DNA of 64,000 nucleotides from Candidatus Borrarchaeum weybense (lineage in GTDB: Archaea; Asgardarchaeota; Sifarchaeia; Borrarchaeales; Borrarchaeaceae), in contig JAHQJS010000004.1 in assembly GCA_019057385.1 (NCBI GenBank), forward strand, positions 64,001-128,000, given 5' to 3'. The translations under genes and the position numbers were made by a program. Of the stretch, positions 49,453 through 59,559 are shown piece after piece; within the stretch, counting starts at the first letter, position 1, and each line of letters begins with the position of its first letter. The notes beneath the pieces were generated by a model that had not been told where the DNA came from, ran no database searches, and worked only from the letters and a program-made list of their open reading frames with translations.

Positions 49453-50619
49453 ATGAAACGCACGTACAAATTTCGCCTGTATCCCACCACACCACAACAG
49501 GCTACTTTGAGGCAATGGCTGACTATCTGTCGTCTGTTGTATAATAACGCGCTGGCGGAGCGAAAAGAGGCCAGGGACGGGCAGCAACAGGCAGTCAGCT
49601 ATTATGAGCAAGCCAACCACTTGAAAGCAGCAAAACAGACCAATCCATTTTTGCAAGCGGTGCATTCGCAGGTACTGCAAGACGTGCTGAAACGACTGGA
49701 TAAGACCTTCAAGAACTTCTTTCGACGCATTAAAAAGGGTGAAAAAGCAGGATACCCACGATTTAAAGGGAAATACCGCTATGATTCCTTCACGTACCCG
49801 CAAAGTGGGTTCGCCCTCGATTACCACCACCAGAAACTTCGCCTCTCGAAAATCGGAGTTATTACCATCAAACTCCACCGACCTATCCCATCTGAAGGCG
49901 AGGTTAAGACCTGTACCATTAAACGTGATGTCGACCACTGGTATGCCTGTTTTGTAGTCGCACTGCCTGACTCCACTCCTGAGTCTCAGAAAAGAGACAT
50001 ACAGCAGGCGATAGGGGTGGATGTCGGGCTGAAGAGTTTACTGACGTTCAATAACGGAGACACCATAGACAACCCGCGCTGGTTAAGACACTCGGAGCAG
50101 AAACTCGCTAAAGAACAGCGAAGGAAAGACAGGAAGGTTAAGAGCTCACGTAACCGTCACAAGCAGAACAGGAAGGTGGCACGGGTACACCGGAAGATAC
50201 GCAACCAGCGCAAGGACTTTCATCACAAGCTCAGCCGGAAACTGGTCGATAACTATGACCTGATTGTGTATGAGCAGCTTAGCATCACCAACATGGTGAA
50301 GAACCATCGTCTCGCCAAGTCGATTAGTGACGCCGGCTGGGGGCAACTCATGTGTTTTACCGAGTACAAAGCGGAGGAAGCTGGTACGCTGGTAGAGTAT
50401 GTGAGTGCCTATCACACCACACAACGGTGTAGTCGGTGTGGGAAGTTGGTGCCGAAAACCCTGGCAACACGAATCCACCGCTGTCCGTACTGTGGATTGG
50501 TGTTAGCGAGAGACCATAATTCCGCCATTATGGTGTTACAGCGATCCACTCACTATGTAAAAGCACGATCATCATCATTATCATCATCAGGGCAGGAACT
50601 GCCCGTAGAGCCTGGTTGA
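49453..50619 (+). CDS. tnpB: TnpB RNA-guided nuclease with an intact RuvC D-E-D triad
   Basis: GVDVG, IVYEQL, CSRCG/CPYCG Zn finger, RDHNSA. Confidence 0.95.
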   Translation: MKRTYKFRLYPTTPQQATLRQWLTICRLLYNNALAERKEARDGQQQAVSYYEQANHLKAAKQTNPFLQAVHSQVLQDVLKRLDKTFKNFFRRIKKGEKAGYPRFKGKYRYDSFTYPQSGFALDYHHQKLRLSKIGVITIKLHRPIPSEGEVKTCTIKRDVDHWYACFVVALPDSTPESQKRDIQQAIGVDVGLKSLLTFNNGDTIDNPRWLRHSEQKLAKEQRRKDRKVKSSRNRHKQNRKVARVHRKIRNQRKDFHHKLSRKLVDNYDLIVYEQLSITNMVKNHRLAKSISDAGWGQLMCFTEYKAEEAGTLVEYVSAYHTTQRCSRCGKLVPKTLATRIHRCPYCGLVLARDHNSAIMVLQRSTHYVKARSSSLSSSGQELPVEPG

Positions 50620-50680
50620 CATGTCCCGCTGGGGAATGGATGACCCAGGAAGCCAGCCTACTTGTAGGGTGGTAGTTCAC
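50588..50680 (+). ncRNA. omegaRNA (reRNA) scaffold, about 93 nt; the guide would be the flank from 50681 (GAAGCTCAAAACTGC...)
   Basis: Boundary set by an 86/93-identical copy at 55663-55755; overlaps the tnpB 3' end, as known for TnpB reRNAs. Confidence 0.75.
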
Positions 50681-50878
50681 GAAGCTCAAAACTGCTAATA
50701 GGGCATCTCCGTATTATAATTAAACACATTTTGTATATCTTTGTTTATTTGTGCAAAGGTATTGGTGAAAGAAATTAGTTAAATTTTATGGAGGAGTAAC
50801 TATTTATCTACCAAACCACGTAAGGTAACGTACGATTTACTCTCTTTAAAGAAACGACAATATAGGAGATGAAAATGC

Positions 50879-51703
50879 ATGAGTAAACTTACTTTTACTT
50901 TGACACCTTCAGAATCAAAAAGATTAATTGGAAAAGGCGTTGCAGCTCTTCCAGAAGTTAAAAATGCATTATCTAGCGGGAAAATAATCATTATAGGCGG
51001 AAGTACAAATGGATATGTCGCCGAAGAAATATTACAAAAGAAGATTGATCGCCAATACTTTGCAGCAGGAATGATAAAACCACGTGGCACATGTCTTACT
51101 AAGACAGACGAACGTATACCTCCAATTGTGATTGAACAAGGAAAACAAGTCGAGATGAAGTATGCAGATGCACTTGATGAATTGAAATCAGAGGATGTAG
51201 TAATTAAGGGGGCTAATGCCCTTTATTCAACCTTCGAAAATGGGCATTACACGTGGTATCCGGCAATTATGTTGGGGCATCCAATAGGAGGTACTACAGG
51301 CGCGTTTATAGGTCCTGTAAGCGCTAGAGGAGCACACTTGATCATGCCTGTAGGTTTAGAGAAACTTATTCCTTTGCCTATCGCAGAACTAGCAGCTTTA
51401 GATTTAGGTATCAAGAAGTTTGATTATCCATTAGGTCTTCATTATGGAATACTTCCAGTAATTGGAGGCAAGGTCATCACAGAAGTCGAAGCTTGTAAAG
51501 AACTATTCGACCTTTCAGTTTATCCCGTCGGAGCTGGAGGTGTAAATGGCGCAGAAGGTGCTATAACTCTTTTCTCAGAAGGCGACGATGAAAAAATACA
51601 GAATGCATTACAACTAGTACAGAGTATTAAAGGCGAACCGCCTACACAGTTAAATGCAACTGAATGCAAGGGTTGTACTGTACCCTGTCTTAACGCCGAA
51701 TAA
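50879..51703 (+). CDS. Conserved hypothetical protein (paralog of 52208-53032)
   Basis: SKRLI.KGV, KG.NA, GGT.G, PVGLEK, GG..GAEG shared with the paralog; C-terminal CxxCxxxC. Confidence 0.8.
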   Translation: MSKLTFTLTPSESKRLIGKGVAALPEVKNALSSGKIIIIGGSTNGYVAEEILQKKIDRQYFAAGMIKPRGTCLTKTDERIPPIVIEQGKQVEMKYADALDELKSEDVVIKGANALYSTFENGHYTWYPAIMLGHPIGGTTGAFIGPVSARGAHLIMPVGLEKLIPLPIAELAALDLGIKKFDYPLGLHYGILPVIGGKVITEVEACKELFDLSVYPVGAGGVNGAEGAITLFSEGDDEKIQNALQLVQSIKGEPPTQLNATECKGCTVPCLNAE

Positions 51704-51811
51704 GCCTTTAAATGGGCACGAGCAGTTATGTCACAATCATATAGATTTTAAGTCATTTATCATAATAGTTGATTACAGTTTGAGCAAGAGCTCGAAAGGT
51801 TGTGAACTCTT

Positions 51812-52066
51812 ATGGAAATGTCGCCAGAAGAAATGGAAAAAAGAAAGCAAATGGTACTTTCAATGTGCATCTGCAAGAGTTGCCCTACATTTGTTGAAGG
51901 TGCCGAGCCTATTGGCTATTGCTTCGCAACAATCGGCAAGAATCCAAAAATAACTGCAGAGAAAGGCTGCATCTGTCCCACATGCCCAGTCTTCTCAAAT
52001 ATGTCCCTCACTAAAGACTACTACTGCATTAAAGGATCAGAACCAGAACAAAGGGGTATGATGTGA
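51812..52066 (+). CDS. DUF2769-like Cys-rich protein
   Basis: CIC..CPT...YC...G.....I..EKGCICP.CPV.....L...YYC..G. Confidence 0.82.
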   Translation: MEMSPEEMEKRKQMVLSMCICKSCPTFVEGAEPIGYCFATIGKNPKITAEKGCICPTCPVFSNMSLTKDYYCIKGSEPEQRGMM

Positions 52067-52207
52067 TCCTTTTTTACTCATACAATTAAAAGTGCTAATC
52101 TTTCTTTTTTTCTCATGAAAGCGGATTTCTTCTTATGAATTCTTTTTGTTAAAAATAGAAACGAAAAGAAAGAAATTGTGTATTTATTGTGTTTTAGAAA
52201 TCTTTAT

Positions 52208-53032
52208 CTAATAGGGACGTTCCGTACCTTTCCAAGGACACGTAGGCCAATCGCATGTAGGACAAGTTCGTACAGGGACATTAAGGGGCGGTTCACCTTT
52301 AATATTCTTTATGATTTCAATAAGTTCATTGACCCCATCATCATCTCCAGAGATTTGTAAAACTATTGACCCTTCTGCTCCAATTACTCCACCCGAAGCT
52401 ATGTGTTGAATTGCTTCAATGTCCTCGTTGGTCAACAGTTCTAATGCTTGAATTTCGGTAATTGTCGTCCCTGTTGTGACGGGAAAAAAGCCACAGGGCA
52501 TACCTGTTGAATAATTCACTCTAGTAATTCCTGCTAAAGATGCAACTTCATCAACTGGCGTCATGATGAGCTTTTCAAGTCCAACGGGGCAGATTAACTC
52601 AACTCCTTTAGCGATGATTTGTCCTATTGAATTACCGATTGTTCCTCCATGAGATGCCCCGATTAGAATCCCACTATTCCCAAATAGATCCACAGCATTT
52701 CCGCCTTTGATAAATACATCGCCGGCTTTCATTTCTTTTACAATTTCGTTAGTTTTTATTTCTTGTAGTTCACCATTCACAAAGGCTACTTCTGATTTTA
52801 TCTTAGAAAAATCAATTAAACAAAGCCTGTCAGGCGCAATGGCTCCTGCAACAAAATTTTCTTTATCAATAGGCTTGCCAAGCAATTCCTCATAGCAGTA
52901 AGCATCGGTAGTTCCTCTTGCAATGGCAACAATGCCATTTTCAAGGGCATTTTTAACGGAATCCAGTTGGGCAACTCCTTTTGCAATAAGTCTTTTACTT
53001 TCCCAGGGTGTCAAAACAATTTGTGCTATCAT
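52208..53032 (-). CDS. Conserved hypothetical protein (paralog of 50879-51703)
   Basis: Same motifs as the paralog; GGAGG upstream of ATG 53032. Confidence 0.8.
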   Translation of the reverse strand: MIAQIVLTPWESKRLIAKGVAQLDSVKNALENGIVAIARGTTDAYCYEELLGKPIDKENFVAGAIAPDRLCLIDFSKIKSEVAFVNGELQEIKTNEIVKEMKAGDVFIKGGNAVDLFGNSGILIGASHGGTIGNSIGQIIAKGVELICPVGLEKLIMTPVDEVASLAGITRVNYSTGMPCGFFPVTTGTTITEIQALELLTNEDIEAIQHIASGGVIGAEGSIVLQISGDDDGVNELIEIIKNIKGEPPLNVPVRTCPTCDWPTCPWKGTERPY

Positions 53033-53103
53033 AAGAAAACCTCCTAATGCCAAAAATGAAGAAGTGTTAGTTCAAGAACAAACATAAGTAAGGATGAAAC
53101 TAC

Positions 53104-54669
53104 TTAAATAATATTTAGGTTGTCGGTGATCTTGCAGTCCTCGCAAATCATCATTTTTGGATTTAGCAGATTCTTTGGGTCAAAAATGACCTTGACGTCT
53201 TTCATGTAATTATAAATTGTACTTCCATATTCCTTTTCAAGGTACATTGTCCTGTTTCTTCCCATTCCATGTTCGCTAGTTATTGTTCCTCCGTATGTAA
53301 ACAGTAAGTCATACACATCATCCACTAGATGAGGTATCATCTCAATGTGTTTTGGATCCTTCAAATTAATTAGAGGACGTAGATGAATTGTACCCGTTCC
53401 AACATGCCCATACATTCCAACTATTAAATTGTATTTTTGGAAGATTTTAGTGGCTTCTCTTATAAATGGAGCAAGATACTGAATTTTTAAGCCAATATCC
53501 TCAATAAGTGCGTGGGCTTTTAAGTCAGTTCCTTTAGTAAATTTCATGAGGGTCGGTAAAATGGCGTGACGTACTGCCCATAGTTTATGTTGTTTCTCTT
53601 CATCTAGTTCAGTCATAACCTCGTTGTAAATATCGTATCCTTTTTCAACGATCATTCTTTCAAGTTTTTCTATCTGATCAAACCGTTCTAGGCCCTGAAA
53701 TTCAATGAGCAACATATGAACCTCCTCTTCAGGTATACCTAGTTTCGGGTTTTCTTTCCTGACTAACTTCAGACTCTCGTAATTCAATAACTCTATAGCT
53801 ACAGCACCGATCTCTTTGATACCTTTAACAGAATCCATTGCTTCGTCAAGCTGTCTGAAATAAATTAAACTTGTGGCTACACCTTCTGGAATTTCTTCGA
53901 TCCTAAGCTTAATCTTTGTGAAAACGCCCAAAGTTCCTACGGAAGAGACAAGTATATGCGCAAGAAAATCTCCAATTTTACTATAACGTATAAGTGCAGG
54001 TAAATTGTATCCACTCGAAGACTTAACTCCTTCGCGTTTTTTGTAAAAGTTTAATGTCTCGTCATCAGCAGAAATTTTCTCTTTTAATCGTAGCAATCTA
54101 TATTGTATATTTTCAGGAATTGTTTCTTCATTAGATGTGTTGACAAGAATTCCATCGATCGTTATGAATTCCAATATTTCAACATAGTCATCAAAAGTAC
54201 CATACCGAACTGAATGCGCACCGCTTGATTTAGTAGCAACATTTCCTCCGATACAGCAGATTGGGGCACTCGACGGATCAGGAGGCAAGAAATAACCTTT
54301 TACTTTAATGAACTCTTGTAATGCTTTGTGATTAACTCCAGGCTGACAAATTACATAATGCTGTCCGTCTTCTTCGACAAAATCTAAAATTTGGTTCATG
54401 TATTTTTTAAAATCAATAATTATGCCAGTATTCAGAGAAGCTCCCGCTAAACTTGTTCCTCCAGACCGGGGAGTCACAGGACAAGCATATTTTCTGGCGA
54501 TTCTTATAATGTTTATAACATCTGCATCATCTTTAGGAAACGTTACTAGCATGGGTTTCACTCTATACATGCTTTGATTGGTAGAATACGCTTTTAGGGT
54601 TTCCTTATCCCATTGAACGTCTCCCTGAACTATTTCTTTAATTTCTTTTCCTAAGATTTCACTTGCCAT
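53104..54669 (-). CDS. FAD-binding oxidoreductase (GlcD-like)
   Basis: RSGGTSLAG, PPDPSS, GGNV, EHGMG, FDP..LLNP. Confidence 0.9.
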   Translation of the reverse strand: MASEILGKEIKEIVQGDVQWDKETLKAYSTNQSMYRVKPMLVTFPKDDADVINIIRIARKYACPVTPRSGGTSLAGASLNTGIIIDFKKYMNQILDFVEEDGQHYVICQPGVNHKALQEFIKVKGYFLPPDPSSAPICCIGGNVATKSSGAHSVRYGTFDDYVEILEFITIDGILVNTSNEETIPENIQYRLLRLKEKISADDETLNFYKKREGVKSSSGYNLPALIRYSKIGDFLAHILVSSVGTLGVFTKIKLRIEEIPEGVATSLIYFRQLDEAMDSVKGIKEIGAVAIELLNYESLKLVRKENPKLGIPEEEVHMLLIEFQGLERFDQIEKLERMIVEKGYDIYNEVMTELDEEKQHKLWAVRHAILPTLMKFTKGTDLKAHALIEDIGLKIQYLAPFIREATKIFQKYNLIVGMYGHVGTGTIHLRPLINLKDPKHIEMIPHLVDDVYDLLFTYGGTITSEHGMGRNRTMYLEKEYGSTIYNYMKDVKVIFDPKNLLNPKMMICEDCKITDNLNII

Positions 54670-54706
54670 GTTCTTAACACCTCTTAGCTCATAAAGCTAT
54701 TATTCA

Positions 54707-55486
54707 CTAAAGTAAAGGAAAAGTAATATTAAATTTACAATGAGAATGACCTGTTCCATAGCATTCGATCTCTTCAACTTTACACGATTTCTTGAATTTT
54801 GTTTCGAAAACTGCTTCAAGAATGCCCTCGTCTTGAGCGCACAGGCATTTTCCAACGTTGGGAAACCGGCTACACTCATAACATTCAGTGACTACTAAAG
54901 TGATTGGGGCTTTTGAAACAACCTTTACGTGTCCTAGTTTATGCATTTCCCAGAACTTTGAAAGATCTTTTAGAATTTCATCTAGATTTTCACCTAGAAG
55001 TGTTGAAGCAATTTCTTTTCCTATTGTCCTTCCGATTTCGCGGAGGACAGGTGACAGGTTAAAGTTGGTGAGACCCTCTATACCAAATCTAACGGCACAA
55101 AAAAGTCCGTTAGCAAAAGTCAATGGATCTCCAATGGATTCCTGAATTATCACCGAAAGTTGTTCGCTCACTTCGGCCATAGGCATTTCAGTCGTTCCAA
55201 CAAATTTAGAGTTTAAAATAAACAATTTTCTTCTCTTATCATCGGGATGTGCCCTTTCGATGACAAGTTTCTTGTCAATAAGTATCTTCAAATGCTCCCA
55301 GAGTGTGCTTTTAGACTTTCTCTGTCCACTGTTTTCAAAAAGTAGGTAAATATCTTTTAATTCAAGCCCTTCACCGTAATTCTCTTGTAACATTTCTAAT
55401 ATTTTCATGCGCACAGGGTTTGAAACTTGTCTTAGACCATCTTCTGAGAAATAGACTTCAAAACTGGCCCGTTTTGAAGGAGTCAT
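54707..55486 (-). CDS. ArsR-HTH + V4R regulator (MsvR-like)
   Basis: NPVR..IL, KSTL..HL, CYEC, C..DEG, EIECYG.GH.HC.F. Confidence 0.85.
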   Translation of the reverse strand: MTPSKRASFEVYFSEDGLRQVSNPVRMKILEMLQENYGEGLELKDIYLLFENSGQRKSKSTLWEHLKILIDKKLVIERAHPDDKRRKLFILNSKFVGTTEMPMAEVSEQLSVIIQESIGDPLTFANGLFCAVRFGIEGLTNFNLSPVLREIGRTIGKEIASTLLGENLDEILKDLSKFWEMHKLGHVKVVSKAPITLVVTECYECSRFPNVGKCLCAQDEGILEAVFETKFKKSCKVEEIECYGTGHSHCKFNITFPLL

Positions 55487-55662
55487 AGTTTGTATGTTTG
55501 CTCTAGCATTATTTATATACATTCGGAAATAGGCGAACAATATCACTTTTGTTAGTATTACTAATCATCAATGGTTGCTACCAATTTTACTGGATTATAA
55601 CAATATTATCCAATATTCGTTTCTAATGGCATATTTTAGCACAAAATATGTAGATTCTCAAC

Positions 55663-55920
55663 GTGAACTACCACCCTACAAGTAGGCTGGCTTCCTGAAT
55701 CATCCATTCCCCAACGGGATATGTCAAACAGGCTCGACGGGCAGTCCCTGCCCTGAACTTTATGTGAATGTGAGAACTGGCGAGTGTTACCTCAGCTCAA
55801 TTCTACTTAGAATCGCTGCAAAACCGTATTTAAAGATTAGGGGGTATCGTGAAAGTGAAACAAGTAACACACGCAATTCATCCCCCCAACACGTTGAGGG
55901 GGTCTTCTTGCGGAGACATG
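55663..55920 (-). mobile_element. 258-bp non-autonomous derivative of the tnpB element: left end + TATA-like box + complete omegaRNA scaffold, tnpB absent
   Basis: TTTAT|CATGTCTCCGCAAGAAGACCCCCTCAACGTGTTGGGGGG...; 55663-55755 is 86/93 identical to 50588-50680. Confidence 0.9.
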
Positions 55921-56268
55921 ATAAAACAATCAGTTAATTCAATGTATATGACCGATAAGCAAATTTCCTATTAAATCAATCTTTTCATAAATGAATGATA
56001 TATTGCGAAGGTTACATATATTTTTTAGAAATATTCTGGATTATTTCATTCTAACCCATTTTTTTTGTAATTTTTGAAATTTAATATTACGAATTCTACC
56101 AAAATAAATATGAATGTGTATTTCACTAATCAGTATGCTACAAAGAAGGTGTTATATAAACGTTTTAAATTGCTTAAATTAAACTGGATTTATTAAAACA
56201 CCGTTCTTATGTTTAGATATTTTATGAAATCAAAAGAAAATGATGAACGAAATATGAGAGTGTAGAAA

Positions 56269-57618
56269 ATGGGAATGTTTGATAGATTAAGGGAAAAGTT
56301 GAGAAAAAGGCAAGTTATTGAAATCCCTGCGGAAGGAGTTGTATTCGGAAAAAATGTAAGAACTGGCTTCGCTTATCGAAGAACTACAGAAGGTATGTCC
56401 GCTTTTGACTTGGCTAAAGATGCCGCAGCTGAAGCATTGAAAAAAGTCGGTCAGGAAGATTTTAGTATAGCTATGGTTTACTCTGCGTACGAATTTCCTC
56501 CTAAAGAGGTAGCTGCAGGTGTAAGTGCAGCCATTCCAGGTCCTTGGATTGGATGCACTACTGTAGGAGAAATCACTTCAGCAGGATTGTTTGAAGATAG
56601 TATTGTGGTTGCTGTGATCAGTTCTCCACACATAAAGGTTGGTGTAGGCGTTGGCCAATCAATTAGTGAAGATGACGAAGCAGCCGGTCGGATAGCTATC
56701 GAAATGGCCTTGGAATCCTTAAAGAATAAGGGCAAAACAATGAAAGAAGGAGAGAATTTTGTGCTTGTACATGGCTCCGTTGGTGGAGAAGAAGGAGTTA
56801 TCAGGGGACTTCAAGAGGTAGTCGGAAATATTCCAGTGGTAGGTGGTACCGCTGGAAATGCATTAACAGAAAACCCTGCATATGTGTTCGCGAATGGTAA
56901 AGCGTATACGAATGCAGCTGTCGTGGGACTTGTATCTTCAAAAGTGGTTACTGCAATTGATAGCGGTCACGGATGGAAACCTACCGGTAAAATAGGATTG
57001 GTGACCAAGACTGATCCGCCAGAAATACGGAGAACAACAGGAACCCATATAGTTTACACAATTGACAATCGTCCAGCGGCTGAGTGGTATGCTGAAAAAA
57101 TAAGTGAACTAAAGGGTAGTGAAATCACTGTAGAAACGCTAAAACAGTATTATCCTTTCGTTACATTTGGAGGCGCATCTGGGCTCGGAGGAACAGGTAA
57201 CCCATGCGGCGTGAAAGATCCTCAAGGACGAATATGGGCAAGAGATATTCATGGCATAAACGCCGATGGCTCTATTGACTTCTGGAGTTACATTCCAGAA
57301 GGGACAGGCATTGAGGTGTTAACAGGTACACCCGAAACCCTAATTGACAGATCAGAAGCCAGTGTAAAAGAGTTATTCAATAAATACAAGAAATTTAACC
57401 CGGTCATTATGTTCGATTATAACTGTTGTGGAAGAAAAATGTACTTAGGCAAGGTCAATAAGCTCGAAGAAGAGTACAGCAAAATACGAAAATACACAAA
57501 AGAGAAGCCACTAGTTGGTTTTTATTCCATGGGAGAGCAGGCATGTTATGCGGGTCTCAATTTTCATTGCAATTTGACCACCACGCGCTTATTGATAACT
57601 GATACCTTGACTACATGA
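56269..57618 (+). CDS. FIST sensory-domain protein (copy 1)
   Basis: GCTT.GEI, PVVGGTAG, GHGW.P, ID.RPA, C.GR, GFYS.GEQ. Confidence 0.88.
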   Translation: MGMFDRLREKLRKRQVIEIPAEGVVFGKNVRTGFAYRRTTEGMSAFDLAKDAAAEALKKVGQEDFSIAMVYSAYEFPPKEVAAGVSAAIPGPWIGCTTVGEITSAGLFEDSIVVAVISSPHIKVGVGVGQSISEDDEAAGRIAIEMALESLKNKGKTMKEGENFVLVHGSVGGEEGVIRGLQEVVGNIPVVGGTAGNALTENPAYVFANGKAYTNAAVVGLVSSKVVTAIDSGHGWKPTGKIGLVTKTDPPEIRRTTGTHIVYTIDNRPAAEWYAEKISELKGSEITVETLKQYYPFVTFGGASGLGGTGNPCGVKDPQGRIWARDIHGINADGSIDFWSYIPEGTGIEVLTGTPETLIDRSEASVKELFNKYKKFNPVIMFDYNCCGRKMYLGKVNKLEEEYSKIRKYTKEKPLVGFYSMGEQACYAGLNFHCNLTTTRLLITDTLTT

Positions 57619-58108
57619 TAAATTCGCTCCCAGTGTTTCTAAATAAGTCTTTACAATTCCCTTTTTTTCCTCTTCTAAATAACTCGATATAAACTCCTTT
57701 GCACTCTAAGTGACTTAAACGATATTATCTGAGTTATATCTCCTTTCCTATGAAAATAAGAAATGATTTATGCGGCTTATACGATTAAAATTTTACGCTC
57801 TTCATCCTTAGTCCTCTATCTCTTCAATAAATATTGATGTGCTGTGGCTTTTGTATAAACTGGTGGATATATTTTGATTTTTCTTAAAGCAACTTCTTCT
57901 ATTCATATGATTTTTTGAGAATTTTACAAATATACCAAAATAAATATAGGTTGGTTTTCTGATAATTAATATAGAGTAACACTGCGAAGGAGGTGTAAAA
58001 TAAGAGCCAAAGGTTAACTAAAATAAACCAGATTGACTTTGGCTTTGTTCTAACACTATTCTATTATTATAGAAAATAAAAAATAAGGAAAAAAGGGAAG
58101 TGTAAGTG

Positions 58109-59464
58109 ATGGGAATGTTTGAAAGAATAAGGAAATTCTTCAGATCGAGAGAAATTAAGGAAACTCCTGAGGCCGCTGAAGGAGCTATAGCTGGAGCGAA
58201 TGTACAAGCAGGATTCGCTTATCGAAGAACTACAGAAGATATGTCCGCTTTTGACTTGGCTAAAGATGCCGCAGCTGAAGCATTAAACCGTGTAGGCTCT
58301 GAAAATTTTAGTGTAGCGCTTGTCTATTCTGCGTATGAACATAATCCAAAAGATGTCGCTGCAGGTGTAAGTGCAGCCATTCCAGGTCCTTGGCTTGGTT
58401 GTACAACTTCTGGAGAAATTACTTCTGCTGGAATATTCGAGGATAGTATCGTGGTTGCAGCAATAAGTAGTCCTCGTATAAAATTTGGAGTTGGAGTAAG
58501 TTCAGGTGTGTGTCAAGATGATGAAGGTGCCGGAAAAACCGCTATTAATATGGCTTTGGAGTCTTTAATAGCAAAAGGAGGAGCCATGAAAGAAGGTGCA
58601 AATTATATTATTATGCACGGCTCGACAGGAGGCGAAGAAGGAGTTATCCGAGGACTTCAACAAGAAGTTGGTAACATACCGGTCGTCGGAGGCACAGCTG
58701 GCAACGCGTTAACGGAAAACCCACCATATGTATTTGCAAATGGTAAAGCATATACAGATGCCGTTGTTCTAGGATTAATGTCTTCAGATATGGTTACAGT
58801 TGTTGATTCTGGACATGGTTGGAAATCAACAGGCAAAGTTGGATTAGTGACTAAAGCGAATCCACCAGAGGAACGAAAGACTACACTATGGCATAAAGTC
58901 TACACTATCGATAATAGACCTGCAGCCGAGTGGTATGCAGAACAAATATCATCCTTAAAAGGAAGTGAGGTATCGGTAGATACTTTAAAGCAATATTATC
59001 CATTTGTAACTTTTGGTGGTTCATCTGGGATCGGAGGAACAGGTTATCCAACAGGAATCAAAGACCCACAAGGACGTATATGGACACGAGACGTCCACAG
59101 TGTAGAGGACGATCTAGGCTTAACATTTTGGGCTTATGTACCCGAAGGGACAGGCCTTGAAGTTTTGGAAGGTACACCTGATACCTTAACTGATAGATCA
59201 AAAGCTGCAGCTAAAGACCTGTTTAGCAAGTACTCGAAATTTAAGCCTGTTATGATGTTCGACTTTAACTGTGTAGGCCGGAAAATCTATCTATCGAAAG
59301 TAAACAAACTTGATGGAGAATATGAAGAGATTAAGAAAATAATGAAGGGCACGCCTGTGGTAGGATTTTACACCCACGGTGAACAAGCGTGTTACGGAGG
59401 CTTAAATCAGCACTGTAATTTAACAATTACAAGGCTACTAATAACAGATACATTGGCAACATAA
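58109..59464 (+). CDS. FIST sensory-domain protein (copy 2, tandem paralog)
   Basis: Same motifs; aligns end to end with copy 1. Confidence 0.88.
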   Translation: MGMFERIRKFFRSREIKETPEAAEGAIAGANVQAGFAYRRTTEDMSAFDLAKDAAAEALNRVGSENFSVALVYSAYEHNPKDVAAGVSAAIPGPWLGCTTSGEITSAGIFEDSIVVAAISSPRIKFGVGVSSGVCQDDEGAGKTAINMALESLIAKGGAMKEGANYIIMHGSTGGEEGVIRGLQQEVGNIPVVGGTAGNALTENPPYVFANGKAYTDAVVLGLMSSDMVTVVDSGHGWKSTGKVGLVTKANPPEERKTTLWHKVYTIDNRPAAEWYAEQISSLKGSEVSVDTLKQYYPFVTFGGSSGIGGTGYPTGIKDPQGRIWTRDVHSVEDDLGLTFWAYVPEGTGLEVLEGTPDTLTDRSKAAAKDLFSKYSKFKPVMMFDFNCVGRKIYLSKVNKLDGEYEEIKKIMKGTPVVGFYTHGEQACYGGLNQHCNLTITRLLITDTLAT

Positions 59465-59559
59465 AACAACTAAAAAGCAGCCTCCAACTCTTTTTTTGTT
59501 CGACTACTTTTTTCTAATTCCTTTCATCTTAAAAGATACAGTCTCTTGTATACAAATTC

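Larger units (their letters stand above)
49294..50680 (+). mobile_element. Complete IS1341-type (tnpB-only) IS200/IS605 element; inferred target motif TTTAT, right end TTCAC
   Basis: TTTAT at 49289-49293, left-end hairpin CCCCCCAAC..GTTGGGGGG, tnpB, right-end hairpin and GTAGTTCAC ending at 50680; higher GC than the host. Confidence 0.92.

Noticed and set aside
50568-50589. (ATC)n microsatellite giving poly-Ser at the TnpB tail
   Set aside because: Lies in the variable spacer before the omegaRNA; no evidence of function
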